From Thiobacillus sp. (GTDB taxonomy: Bacteria; Pseudomonadota; Gammaproteobacteria; Burkholderiales; Thiobacillaceae), in contig JASJPE010000014.1 in assembly GCA_031426895.1 (NCBI GenBank), positions 16,849 to 80,848 on the forward strand: a stretch of 64,000 bases of DNA, written 5' to 3'. Positions within the stretch are counted from its first letter, which is position 1. Each line of letters starts with the position of its first letter. A program made the position numbers and the translations under genes. Below the pieces are notes generated by a model that saw only the letters and a program-made list of their open reading frames with translations, made no database searches and was not told where the DNA came from. Below are positions 37,676-46,005 of the stretch, in pieces.

Positions 37676-38743
37676 ATGCGCCCCATCCAGGCACGTATTT
37701 CCATTGGGGCAATGGCGCACAATCTGCGGGTGGCGCGCAGCCACTCGGGCGCGGCGCGCGTGTTCGCCGTAGTCAAGGCCAATGCGTATGGGCATGGCTT
37801 GTCGCGTGCGCGACGAGCATTTGCCGCAGCGGACGGCTTTGCTGTATTGACACTGGAAGAAGCGGCCAATCTGCGCTTGATGGGTGTGGAGCAGCCCATT
37901 ATGTTGCTCGAAGGCATTTTTGGTGCGGACGAAATTGCGACGTGCGCCGAACTGGATTTGTCTCTGGTGCTGCATCATGCTGGCCAACTCGACTGGCTTG
38001 AGCGGCAACCTCCGGCACGACCCATCCAGGTTTTCCTTAAATTTGATACCGGCATGCATCGGCTGGGTTTTCCGCTGACCGAGCATGCACGGATTGTCGA
38101 GCGGGTGCGCGGCTTGACGGGTATCGCAGGCATCACCCTGATGACGCATTTTGCTCAGGCGGATGAAGCCACAGGCGTTGCATGGCAGCTGCAACCTTTC
38201 CTGCGTGAACTGGCCAGCCACGGGCTGCCGTGGAGTAGCGCCAATTCAGCGGCGCTGCTGCGCTATCCTGAAACGCAAGGTGCGTGGACGCGCCCGGGCA
38301 TCATGCTGTATGGCGCGTCGCCGTATGCGGACGTGTCAGCCGAACAATTGGGATTGCGTCCGGCCATGAGTCTGAAATCTGAAATCATCAGTGTGCAAAC
38401 GCTGCAGGCCGGGGAGGGCGTGGGCTATGGCCAGTTGTATCGTGCTGAACGTGCCATGCGCGTGGGCGTGGTGGCCTGTGGTTATGCAGATGGCTATCCG
38501 CGCCATGCACTGACGGGGACGCCGGTTCTGGTCAACGGCCGCCGCAGCCAAACCCTCGGACGGGTGTCGATGGATATGCTGTGTGTGGACCTGAGCGACC
38601 ATCCTGATGCTGCAGTCGGTTCCCAGGTTGAACTATGGGGTGAGGGCTTGCCAGTCGATGCGGTGGCCGCAGCAGCGGGTACCAACGCTTATGAATTGTT
38701 GTGTGCCCTGGCTGCGCGCGTGCAAGTGGAAGAAGCCGAGTAA
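37676..38743 (+). CDS. alr: alanine racemase
   Basis: 355 aa. PLP-lysine motif AVVKANAYGHG and C-terminal RVSMD. Confidence 0.93.
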   Translation: MRPIQARISIGAMAHNLRVARSHSGAARVFAVVKANAYGHGLSRARRAFAAADGFAVLTLEEAANLRLMGVEQPIMLLEGIFGADEIATCAELDLSLVLHHAGQLDWLERQPPARPIQVFLKFDTGMHRLGFPLTEHARIVERVRGLTGIAGITLMTHFAQADEATGVAWQLQPFLRELASHGLPWSSANSAALLRYPETQGAWTRPGIMLYGASPYADVSAEQLGLRPAMSLKSEIISVQTLQAGEGVGYGQLYRAERAMRVGVVACGYADGYPRHALTGTPVLVNGRRSQTLGRVSMDMLCVDLSDHPDAAVGSQVELWGEGLPVDAVAAAAGTNAYELLCALAARVQVEEAE

Positions 38744-38749
38744 TCCAGG

Positions 38750-38918
38750 CTAGTACGACAACCCATAAGTTTCGCTATGTTCGACGCGCACCGCATCGCC
38801 GATTGCTTTGTCGCTCATCCTCGCCATAGAACGACTATGGCTGCGGTTCGCTTCGCGCACTCGGCGCGCGGATGCGCGTCTCGGCATGTACGCAAACTGA
38901 TGGGTTGCCGTACTAGTG
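38750..38918. mobile_element. 169-bp MITE-like element with terminal inverted repeats, copy 2
   Basis: 165 of 169 nt identical to 6059-6227. Lies between convergent alr and the DsrC-like gene. Its right end supplies the last His codon and TAG stop of the latter. Confidence 0.85.
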
Positions 38919-39275
38919 TGTCGTGCCGAAGGACGGGTCACGCGTGCCAGGCGGCATGGGGAGTCCCGCATAGTGGGTGGCCTGGGCAATCGGGCCGAAT
39001 GGAAACAGGCTGTACAAAAACCGGTGCCCGCCCATTCCGGCAAATTCCTCTTCCAGGGTATGCATCAGAATGCGCGCGCTGACCGTGCCACCATGGTCGG
39101 CGTAACAATCGCGCAGATAACGAATAATGCCCAAATGCGCATCGGTCAGTTCCAGTCCATCCTTTTGCGCCATTTCGATGGCCTGTCCTTCCGACCAGGG
39201 TTCAAGATCAATGAGGTGGCCGCGTAATGACGCATCTGCGTATTCCTGCGCGATCATTTTGTTGATGTCCGGCAT
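38913..39275 (-). CDS. TusE/DsrC/DsvC family protein lacking the C-terminal cysteine
   Basis: 120 aa. ...LSPEHW-like LTDAHLGIIRYLRDCY, then FLYSLFPFGPIAQATHYAGLPMP is colinear with E. coli TusE [23 protein letters not shown]. It ends PGTRDPSFGTTH instead of V-K-C-I. Confidence 0.8.
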   Translation of the reverse strand: MPDINKMIAQEYADASLRGHLIDLEPWSEGQAIEMAQKDGLELTDAHLGIIRYLRDCYADHGGTVSARILMHTLEEEFAGMGGHRFLYSLFPFGPIAQATHYAGLPMPPGTRDPSFGTTH

Positions 39276-39368
39276 GACGGACTCCTGAGAGTGAGGAAGC
39301 TATTTTTATAGATCGCGCAGGCAGGAAGCCAAGCTGTTCAAGCTTCTTCTGTAAGGGTTTGAATTGGC

Positions 39369-39374
39369 TATAAT
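39369..39374 (+). promoter_or_regulatory. possible -10 box for the CsgG-like gene
   Basis: Perfect TATAAT 41 nt upstream of the ATG at 39415. No convincing -35 at 17 bp. Confidence 0.25.
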
Positions 39375-39414
39375 CCTTTTGAAATCAATATTCAGAACAA
39401 ACAAGGGGATACAC

Positions 39415-40446
39415 ATGAAAGCCATTGCACGCGCACTCATTACCGGCCTGTTCTTGACGCAGGCTGCCAATCCCGTCTATGCGGGCCTGTTCGACTTCAA
39501 ACTGGGCGGTGATAAAAAAGAGGAAGGCCAGCCATCCGGTTCAGCCGGACCCGATGGCGCCCAGGGTGAAGCCAAGGAACTTGAAAAATGCGAGAAGCCC
39601 TATGGCACGCTTGCGGTGGCCGAGCCCCAGGATGCCGTGATCTCTCACCTCCTGCAATATGGCCTGCAGTCACCTGTCGGATTGATCCGCATGATGATTC
39701 AGCAGTCCAATTGTTTTGTCGTGGTAGAGCGCGGCCGTGCCATGCAAAACCTGATGCAGGAGCGGCAACTGGCTGAATCAGGCGAACTGCGTAAAGGCTC
39801 GAACATGGGCAAGGGCCAGATGGTGACGGCGGATTATGTGCTGACGCCGGATGCGGTGTTCTCCAGCAAGGATTCAGGGGGCGTCGGTGGCGCATTGGGC
39901 GGATTTGGCGTGTTCGGCGCAGTGGCTGGGTTGGTGGCCGCCGGCCTCAAATTCAAGTCAGCGCAAACCAGTATGTTGCTGGCTGACTCGCGCACCTCGT
40001 TGCAACTGGCATCGGCAACCGGCACTGCTGAAAAAACAGACTGGAGCGTGGGGGGATTGCTGGTTGGCGGCGGTGCGGCCGGCGGCCTGGGTGCTTACAC
40101 CAGCACGCCTGAAGGTAAAGTCATAGCAGCCAGCTATCTGGATAACTGGAACAACATTGTGCGTTCAGTTCGCAATAATCCGGAAATGGCACGCCAGAAC
40201 ATCAGTCTCAAAGGCAAGTCCAGCCAGCCCACCAAGGCGGGTATGGTGTTTGAAGAGGGTGATGCCGTATCAGGGAAAATTGCAGGCTTGAAGATGTACA
40301 CCCAGCCAAATAAAGCGTCCAAAGTGGTGACCACCATTGCGCGTGGTGAAGAGGTGATTTACACCGGCAAGGATGAAGGCGGATTTATGTCCGTCCAGGG
40401 ACAGAATGGCGAAGGTTGGGTAGAAAAGGTGATGATGAAGAAGTAA
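39415..40446 (+). CDS. CsgG/HfaB-family protein with a C-terminal SH3b-like domain
   Basis: Signal peptide ending VYA. LAVAEPQD....L.QYGL..P.GLIRMMIQQSNCFVVVERG.AMQNLMQERQL..SG and GQMVTADYVLTP resemble the CsgG core. Gly-rich putative transmembrane hairpin. The C-terminal about 70 aa (GDAVSGKIAGLKMYTQPN...GWVEK) look SH3b-like. Confidence 0.65.
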   Translation: MKAIARALITGLFLTQAANPVYAGLFDFKLGGDKKEEGQPSGSAGPDGAQGEAKELEKCEKPYGTLAVAEPQDAVISHLLQYGLQSPVGLIRMMIQQSNCFVVVERGRAMQNLMQERQLAESGELRKGSNMGKGQMVTADYVLTPDAVFSSKDSGGVGGALGGFGVFGAVAGLVAAGLKFKSAQTSMLLADSRTSLQLASATGTAEKTDWSVGGLLVGGGAAGGLGAYTSTPEGKVIAASYLDNWNNIVRSVRNNPEMARQNISLKGKSSQPTKAGMVFEEGDAVSGKIAGLKMYTQPNKASKVVTTIARGEEVIYTGKDEGGFMSVQGQNGEGWVEKVMMKK

Positions 40447-40461
40447 ATCGCTTGATTCAAT

Positions 40462-40486
40462 AAAGCCGGGGCTTCCCGGTTTTATT
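40462..40486. terminator. bidirectional terminator hairpin between convergent genes
   Basis: AAAGCCGGG-gctt-CCCGGTTTT (9-bp stem including one G-U), flanked by an A-run and a T-run. Confidence 0.55.
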
Positions 40487-40682
40487 GCGCCACGTTTATC
40501 TGCAAAGGCTGATTCTGCTTTTCGTCTTTGCTGGGCGCTGCGATTTCGACAGGCTGCGCCAATCGAAGGAAGGTCGCCAATTCTTCCACCCAGCGCAGCT
40601 TTTCCTCGGGTGATAGCGCACGAAAGGCTTGTAGGCGTTCATCGCTGACATGGTAGGTGCGATTGCCACGGTCAACAGGCAT
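40482..40682 (-). CDS. small hypothetical protein coupled to the upstream nucleotidyltransferase gene
   Basis: 66 aa. The start lies 2 nt after the stop of the 160-aa ORF. No motif recognised. Confidence 0.5.
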   Translation of the reverse strand: MPVDRGNRTYHVSDERLQAFRALSPEEKLRWVEELATFLRLAQPVEIAAPSKDEKQNQPLQINVAQ

Positions 40683-40684
40683 GG

Positions 40685-41167
40685 TCAGGATTCCTTCAGG
40701 CGCTTCAGATGTTCGATGTCCGCAAGATCAATCGGGCGGCCGACGGCCTGCTTCAGCGCAATCATGTCGTCAATGGAGGCAACCACGACGGGCACGTCGC
40801 CTGCTTGGAAAGTCACTGCGCGGCTGCGCATTTTGGCGTAATCAACCGGTGGATAGAGCAACACGTCCAGCGTTACGCCAGATAACCCGGGTGCACGGAG
40901 GGCAAAGGCTTCCAGATTGCGTTCACGATGCCACTGTGCCAATTGGTCGAGGTCGGTCAAAGTCTCCAGCGCAACCGGTAGCACCGGTGTCATGCCCAGT
41001 TCGCGCGCCATCTCTACTAGGGACAATAAGTTGCCTGGCGTCATCGCAACGGTCACGTCGATGTCCATTGTCGCCCGCTCGATTCCATGAAGCGAAATCG
41101 CCAAGCCGCCGATCAACACATAATCGACACGGCGGTTAAGCGCGGAGAATAAATCTAGGTAGAACAT
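40685..41167 (-). CDS. minimal Pol-beta-superfamily nucleotidyltransferase
   Basis: 160 aa. IGGLAISLHGIERATMDIDV fits the hG[GS]-x9-13-D-h-D NTase signature. A further acidic residue lies in GVTLDVLL. C-terminal GRPIDLADIEHL motif. Confidence 0.65.
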   Translation of the reverse strand: MFYLDLFSALNRRVDYVLIGGLAISLHGIERATMDIDVTVAMTPGNLLSLVEMARELGMTPVLPVALETLTDLDQLAQWHRERNLEAFALRAPGLSGVTLDVLLYPPVDYAKMRSRAVTFQAGDVPVVVASIDDMIALKQAVGRPIDLADIEHLKRLKES

Positions 41168-41348
41168 TGGGGGATTCTACTTGAACGTCAGGGGGTGAAC
41201 GCAGTGAAAATGGCAGACCTTGTTTTCATCTATCCCAAGACTGGTCGTCAGAAAGCCAAGATGCAACCAATATATGGAGCCAGTCCAAGAATACGGCTTG
41301 ATACGCTAAAAATCAGTGACGTTTGGGGAGTGTCGTGAGACGAGTGGT

Positions 41349-41654
41349 TCAGTTTTTTATTGAAGTCATGCTTTGCTGCCCGTGTGCAGCAAAGCATTCC
41401 AGCTTACGCATCCCCTGGATGAATTCAGTGCAGTTGAGAGTTCCAACGGTACCGTTTAACGCTGTTGAAAATGTTTCAAAATCAGCAATGCCCTCGTAAA
41501 CCTCCATCCATGTGCCTGGATCATCGCAGCGGCCTAGCCGCCGAGGCGGCTGGCCGCAATGTGCGGCCATGGCTTTCAGAAGCAAGTCGATCCGGGTTGC
41601 AGCCAGATCAGTCTGCGCGGGATCGACCCGGTAATAGACGTAGACGTGACGCAC
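41349..41654 (-). CDS. DUF4936-like small protein
   Basis: 101 aa. VYVYYRV start. Immediately downstream of ygfZ (adjacent codons). Family name from recollection only. Confidence 0.55.
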   Translation of the reverse strand: MRHVYVYYRVDPAQTDLAATRIDLLLKAMAAHCGQPPRRLGRCDDPGTWMEVYEGIADFETFSTALNGTVGTLNCTEFIQGMRKLECFAAHGQQSMTSIKN

Positions 41655-42683
41655 CTATTCGGGCATGGCGTAGGGCAGAGGTTTCAGGGTCAGTGCGGCG
41701 CCATCAGCGGCTTTCAGATGCAGGGTTTGCGTGTTGGCGCTTTCGACCTGGGCGACCGCCAGCACATCGAATCCGCCCGTCGGTGCGGGCGCGGCGTTGA
41801 CGACGGTGCCGGTGACCTGCCCTTCGAAATCGGCGCTATACAGGTTGTCGCCGGGAGCCGCTTCGGCATCCACGTGCGCGAGGAACATACGGCGCTTGAG
41901 TTTGCCCAGATACTGGCTGCGGGCAACGATTTCCTGGCCGGGATAACAGCCTTTCTGAAAGCTCACGCCACCGATGACTTCGAGGTTGACCATTTGCGGG
42001 ACGAATTGCTCCTGCGTCGCCGCGACGATCATCGGAACGCCTGCATTGAGCCGCAGCCAGTCCCACACCGGCGCGCCAACGGGGGTGGCTGACAGGCAAA
42101 GGGTTTGCCACACGGCCGCGGCATATTCAGGCGTGATCGACAGCACAAATTTGTCAGTGCCGACGCGGATGACTTGTCCCGCTGCACACGTAATTGAGCG
42201 CATCGTGGCGTCCGGGACGGCACCCATCGCAGCCGTGACGGCCGCAAGGGCCTGCTTGCCGGCCACGACCAGCCGCACGGTTTCGTCGCTGGCGTCACGC
42301 CCCTGCACCTTGGCGCGCATGATGAACATGGAGAGTCGTTTCTGCACGACGGGCAGAATGTCGCCCGACAGTTGCAGGCAATAGTCCTCGCCCTGCCGCC
42401 ATACCAGAAAGTTGCCGAGCAGCCGTCCCTTGGGGCTGCAATAGCCATTCCATTGTGCGTTGTCGGTATGCAGGCTGCGGATGTCGTTGGTCAGCTGGCC
42501 TTGAAGGAACGTGGCGGTGTCCTCGCCACGGAACGCAATGACGCCGAGTTGCGACAAATCCGCCACAATGGTGCCGTCTGCGGCGGCCGCGCGTTCGGCA
42601 TCGGGGCTGCCGTAGTGCAGCACGGTGTTGGCTTCGATGACAGCCCCTTGAGACTGCAGCAGGGTTTTCCAGGAATCGATCAC
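41655..42683 (-). CDS. ygfZ: folate-binding Fe-S cluster repair/tRNA modification protein YgfZ
   Basis: 342 aa. Aminomethyltransferase-like fold with the diagnostic K-G-C-Y-x-G-Q-E motif (QKGCYPGQEIVAR). Confidence 0.9.
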   Translation of the reverse strand: MIDSWKTLLQSQGAVIEANTVLHYGSPDAERAAAADGTIVADLSQLGVIAFRGEDTATFLQGQLTNDIRSLHTDNAQWNGYCSPKGRLLGNFLVWRQGEDYCLQLSGDILPVVQKRLSMFIMRAKVQGRDASDETVRLVVAGKQALAAVTAAMGAVPDATMRSITCAAGQVIRVGTDKFVLSITPEYAAAVWQTLCLSATPVGAPVWDWLRLNAGVPMIVAATQEQFVPQMVNLEVIGGVSFQKGCYPGQEIVARSQYLGKLKRRMFLAHVDAEAAPGDNLYSADFEGQVTGTVVNAAPAPTGGFDVLAVAQVESANTQTLHLKAADGAALTLKPLPYAMPE

Positions 42684-42723
42684 GATATGGTCCAGTCAGA
42701 GGGAAATGCGATGAAGCCCAAAA

Positions 42724-43167
42724 GTGTACACGCTGATGCATGAGATTGCGCTCAAACCCTCACGCCTGTTGGGGCTGTTACAGCTGGTCGGGGTGGCGCT
42801 TGCGGTGGGCGCCATGCTGATGGCGGACTTGCCTGTTGCGGTTCAGTGGGCGCTGGGCGCCGCCGTGTGTGGCTGGGGTGTGTGGGTCTGGCGACAGTCG
42901 CGCTGCATGGAAGTACTGCGTTTGACTGCAGATGGCCAGGTGCAATGCCGGGATGAACAGGGGGAATGGCGCGAGGTCGAGGTGCTGGGCGACAGCTTCG
43001 TGTCGCCTGTACTCATGGTGTTGCGTTATCGCACGCCCGCTGGACGGGTGCGCGTTCTGACGCTGTTTCCCGACAGCGCGCATACGGATGACTTGCGCCG
43101 GCTCAGGGTGTCTCTACGGTGGGCACGCCACACACGCTCGGGCACATCGTCCCTGGGCGGGGGTTGA
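42724..43167 (+). CDS. YgfX (CptA)-like inner-membrane protein
   Basis: Two N-terminal TM helices, then LRLTADGQVQC....EW..VEVL.DSFVSPVLMVLRYR....RVRVLTLFPDSAHTDDLRRLRV, colinear with E. coli YgfX. Start GTG 42724 or ATG 42736. The 3' end overlaps nadB by 65 nt. Confidence 0.6.
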   Translation: MYTLMHEIALKPSRLLGLLQLVGVALAVGAMLMADLPVAVQWALGAAVCGWGVWVWRQSRCMEVLRLTADGQVQCRDEQGEWREVEVLGDSFVSPVLMVLRYRTPAGRVRVLTLFPDSAHTDDLRRLRVSLRWARHTRSGTSSLGGG

Positions 43168-44728
43168 GCACGGTGTTGCCGGCTATGGGCAATGTTTCAG
43201 GATAGTCGCGGCTGTAGTGAAGGCCCCGGCTTTCCTGGCGCAGCTGGGCCGAACGGATGATGAGGTCGGCACTTTGCACCAGATTGCGCAGTTCGATCAG
43301 GTCATTGCTGACGCGGAAGTTGCGGTAGAACTCGTCGATTTCAGCCCGCAACAGGCGGATGCGGTGTGTAGCACGTGCCAGTCGTTTGTTGGTGCGCACA
43401 ATGCCGACGTAGTCCCACATGAAACGGCGCAGTTCGTCCCAATTATGTGAAATCACTACCTCTTCATCCGGATCGGAAACTCGCGAGGCATCCCATGGAG
43501 GGAGATCGAGTTTAGGCGCAGCGGGTGTGGCGAGGATATCCGCGGCGGCAGCGTGACCGAACACCAGGCATTCCAGCAGTGAATTCGAAGCCAGCCGGTT
43601 GGCGCCATGCAGGCCGGTGAAGGTGACTTCGCCAACCGCATGCAGATTGCACAGGTCGGTGCGCGCGTTCATGTCGGTGACCACCCCGCCGCAGGTGTAG
43701 TGGGCGGCGGGCACCACCGGGATCGGCTGCGACGTGATGTCGATACCGAGTTCGAGGCAGCGGCGATAAATGGTGGGGAAATGCTCAAGCACAAATTCAG
43801 TGGGCTTGTGGCTGATATCGAGGTACACACAGTCGATCCCGCGTTTTTTTATCTCAAAGTCGATTGCGCGGGCTACCACATCACGCGGCGCGAGTTCGGC
43901 GCGCTCGTCGTGATATTGCATGAAGCGGCTGCCATCAGGCAGCAGGAGCAGGCCACCTTCGCCACGCACTGCCTCGGAAATGAGAAAGGATTTGGCGTGT
44001 GGGTGGAACAGGCAGGTGGGGTGGAACTGCACGAATTCCAGGTTGGCCACTCGGCATCCAGCACGCCATGCCATGGCGATGCCATCGCCAGTCGCCGTGT
44101 CAGGGTTGGTGGTGTAAAGGTAAACCTTGCCGGCACCGCCGGTAGCCAGCACGGTGTGGCCGGCGGCGAACGTTTCGACTTCACCCGTGCCTTTGTTGAG
44201 TGCATAGGCGCCATGAATTTGTTGTTCTTGTCCGCCTGCCCGTTTGCCGGTAATGAGGTCGATGGCAACGTGCTGTTCGTAGGTGTCGATATTGGGGTGG
44301 GCGCGCACGCGGTCAAGCAGGCTGGCCTGGACGGCATGGCCGGTGGCATCGGCTGCATGCACCACCCGGCGCCGGGAGTGGCCGCCCTCACGTGCCAGAT
44401 GCAGACCGCCGGGTGCCTGTGGGTCGGGCGTGAAGGCCACGCCGTTTTGTGTCAGCCAGTCGATCATTTCGCTCGCCTGGCGGGCTACCATCTGGGTGAC
44501 CGCAACGTCACACAATCCTCCGCCTGCCACCATGGTGTCGTGGACATGGGCTTCGATTGAATCGCCGCTGTCCAGGGCGGCGGCTATGCCGCCTTGTGCC
44601 CAGTCGCTTGCGCCATCGGTCATCTGGCGCTTGGTAACAATGGCAATACGTCGCTGGTCAGCCAGTTTGAGTGCGGTAGTCAGCGCAGCGAGGCCGCTAC
44701 CAAGGATCAGGACGTCGTATTGGTGCAT
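43103..44728 (-). CDS. nadB: L-aspartate oxidase
   Basis: 541 aa. N-terminal FAD motif DVLILGSGLAAL, plus HYTCGGV and the RLASNSLLE region. Confidence 0.95.
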   Translation of the reverse strand: MHQYDVLILGSGLAALTTALKLADQRRIAIVTKRQMTDGASDWAQGGIAAALDSGDSIEAHVHDTMVAGGGLCDVAVTQMVARQASEMIDWLTQNGVAFTPDPQAPGGLHLAREGGHSRRRVVHAADATGHAVQASLLDRVRAHPNIDTYEQHVAIDLITGKRAGGQEQQIHGAYALNKGTGEVETFAAGHTVLATGGAGKVYLYTTNPDTATGDGIAMAWRAGCRVANLEFVQFHPTCLFHPHAKSFLISEAVRGEGGLLLLPDGSRFMQYHDERAELAPRDVVARAIDFEIKKRGIDCVYLDISHKPTEFVLEHFPTIYRRCLELGIDITSQPIPVVPAAHYTCGGVVTDMNARTDLCNLHAVGEVTFTGLHGANRLASNSLLECLVFGHAAAADILATPAAPKLDLPPWDASRVSDPDEEVVISHNWDELRRFMWDYVGIVRTNKRLARATHRIRLLRAEIDEFYRNFRVSNDLIELRNLVQSADLIIRSAQLRQESRGLHYSRDYPETLPIAGNTVLNPRPGTMCPSVCGVPTVETP

Positions 44729-44783
44729 GGTGTCGGGGGATGATAGCAGGCTTGGGTCATGCCAGAATAACCTTGTTCGGAGT

Positions 44784-44810
44784 GAACTTTATGGTTCATG
44801 GCGGCTCACA
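44784..44810 (+). promoter_or_regulatory. candidate sigma-E (ECF) autoregulated promoter of rpoE
   Basis: GAACTT-N16-TCACA, about 60 nt upstream of the rpoE ATG. Compare the RpoE/AlgU consensus GAACTT-N16/17-TC.AA. Confidence 0.45.
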
Positions 44811-44869
44811 CTCGCTGAAAGGTACGGTCACGTATACTTTCGACACAAACAAAAAAGCAGCAGGGAGAT

Positions 44870-45466
44870 ATGTCGGACCGCGAACTGGATCAGGTACTGG
44901 TCGAACGCGCCCAGCAGGGCGACAAACGCGCTTTCGAGTTGTTGGTGATCAAGTATCACCGCAAACTCGGGCGGTTATTGTCGCGCATGGTGCGTGATGC
45001 GGCAGAGGTGGAAGATATTACGCAGGAAGCCTTTATCAAAGCCTATCGTGCTCTGCCGGGATTTCGCGGCGAGAGTGCGTTCTATACCTGGCTGTATCGT
45101 ATCGCGGTCAACACCGCAAAAAATTACCTGGTGGCGCGCAAGCGGCAGCCGGTATCCAGTGATGTGTTGGCGGATGATGCAGAAAATTACGACGAGGGTG
45201 ATTTGTTGCGTGACATTGCGACGCCGGATGCGGAACTCCAGACCAAACAGATCGCCCAAGCGGTAAATCAGGCAGTTGATGCGCTGCCGGAGGAATTGAG
45301 GACGGCCATTACGCTGCGTGAAATCGAAGGCATGAGTTACGAAGATATCGCGCAGATGATGGAATGCCCAATCGGGACGGTGCGCTCCCGAATCTTTCGC
45401 GCACGTGAGGCCATTGCGGAAAAAATACGCCCGATGCTGGGCACGAGTCAGGATAAAAGGTGGTAA
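44870..45466 (+). CDS. rpoE: RNA polymerase sigma factor RpoE/AlgU
   Basis: 198 aa. [22 protein letters not shown] start and region 4 [30 protein letters not shown]. Confidence 0.96.
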   Translation: MSDRELDQVLVERAQQGDKRAFELLVIKYHRKLGRLLSRMVRDAAEVEDITQEAFIKAYRALPGFRGESAFYTWLYRIAVNTAKNYLVARKRQPVSSDVLADDAENYDEGDLLRDIATPDAELQTKQIAQAVNQAVDALPEELRTAITLREIEGMSYEDIAQMMECPIGTVRSRIFRAREAIAEKIRPMLGTSQDKRW

Positions 45467-45468
45467 CC

Positions 45469-46005
45469 ATGTCAGCACTTCTCAAATCAGACACCCTTTC
45501 CCCAGCCGAACAAGCCGACGGCCCCTCCCTGACGTTGTCGGCGGTTCTGGATGGTGAAGCGACCCGTGCCGAAATCGAGGTCTGTGTCACTGCCTTGAAA
45601 CAGCATGACCACCTGCGACAAACCTGGTCCGAGAGCTATCTCATCGGTGATCTGATGCGTGGCGTGGCGCCTGCTTCGGATGACTACATGGCGCGGTTTT
45701 CCGCGCAACTGGCCAGCGAGCCTACTGTGCTGGCTCCGCGCCGCAGCGCATGGCCGCAGCGGGTCGCCGTGGCTTCCTTTGCCTCGCTTGCGGTATGGGG
45801 CGTGATCTCGATTACCGGGATGCTGTCCGATACGCCGGCACCGATGGCGGCCGCCCCTGACTTTCAGCGTGTTGCAAGCGAATCCGAACAGGATGCGTCT
45901 AATTCCCGTCTTGCACCGTATTTTGTGGCCCATCAGGAGTTTGCCCCCATGGCAATGGCTTCCCCTTATCTTCGCGCGGTGGCGGTGGCGGAGGAGTCGC
46001 GTTAA
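45469..46005 (+). CDS. rseA: anti-sigma-E factor RseA/MucA
   Basis: [19 protein letters not shown]-terminal domain, and a central TM segment. A GTG at 45460 is an alternative start. Confidence 0.8.
   Translation: MSALLKSDTLSPAEQADGPSLTLSAVLDGEATRAEIEVCVTALKQHDHLRQTWSESYLIGDLMRGVAPASDDYMARFSAQLASEPTVLAPRRSAWPQRVAVASFASLAVWGVISITGMLSDTPAPMAAAPDFQRVASESEQDASNSRLAPYFVAHQEFAPMAMASPYLRAVAVAEESR

Noticed and set aside
38913-38960. Frameshift that might restore a Cys-containing DsrC/TusE C-terminus
   Set aside because: I translated the other two frames across this segment. One stops after PAWHA and the other contains no Cys. The Cys-less terminus is therefore not a simple sequencing or frameshift artefact.
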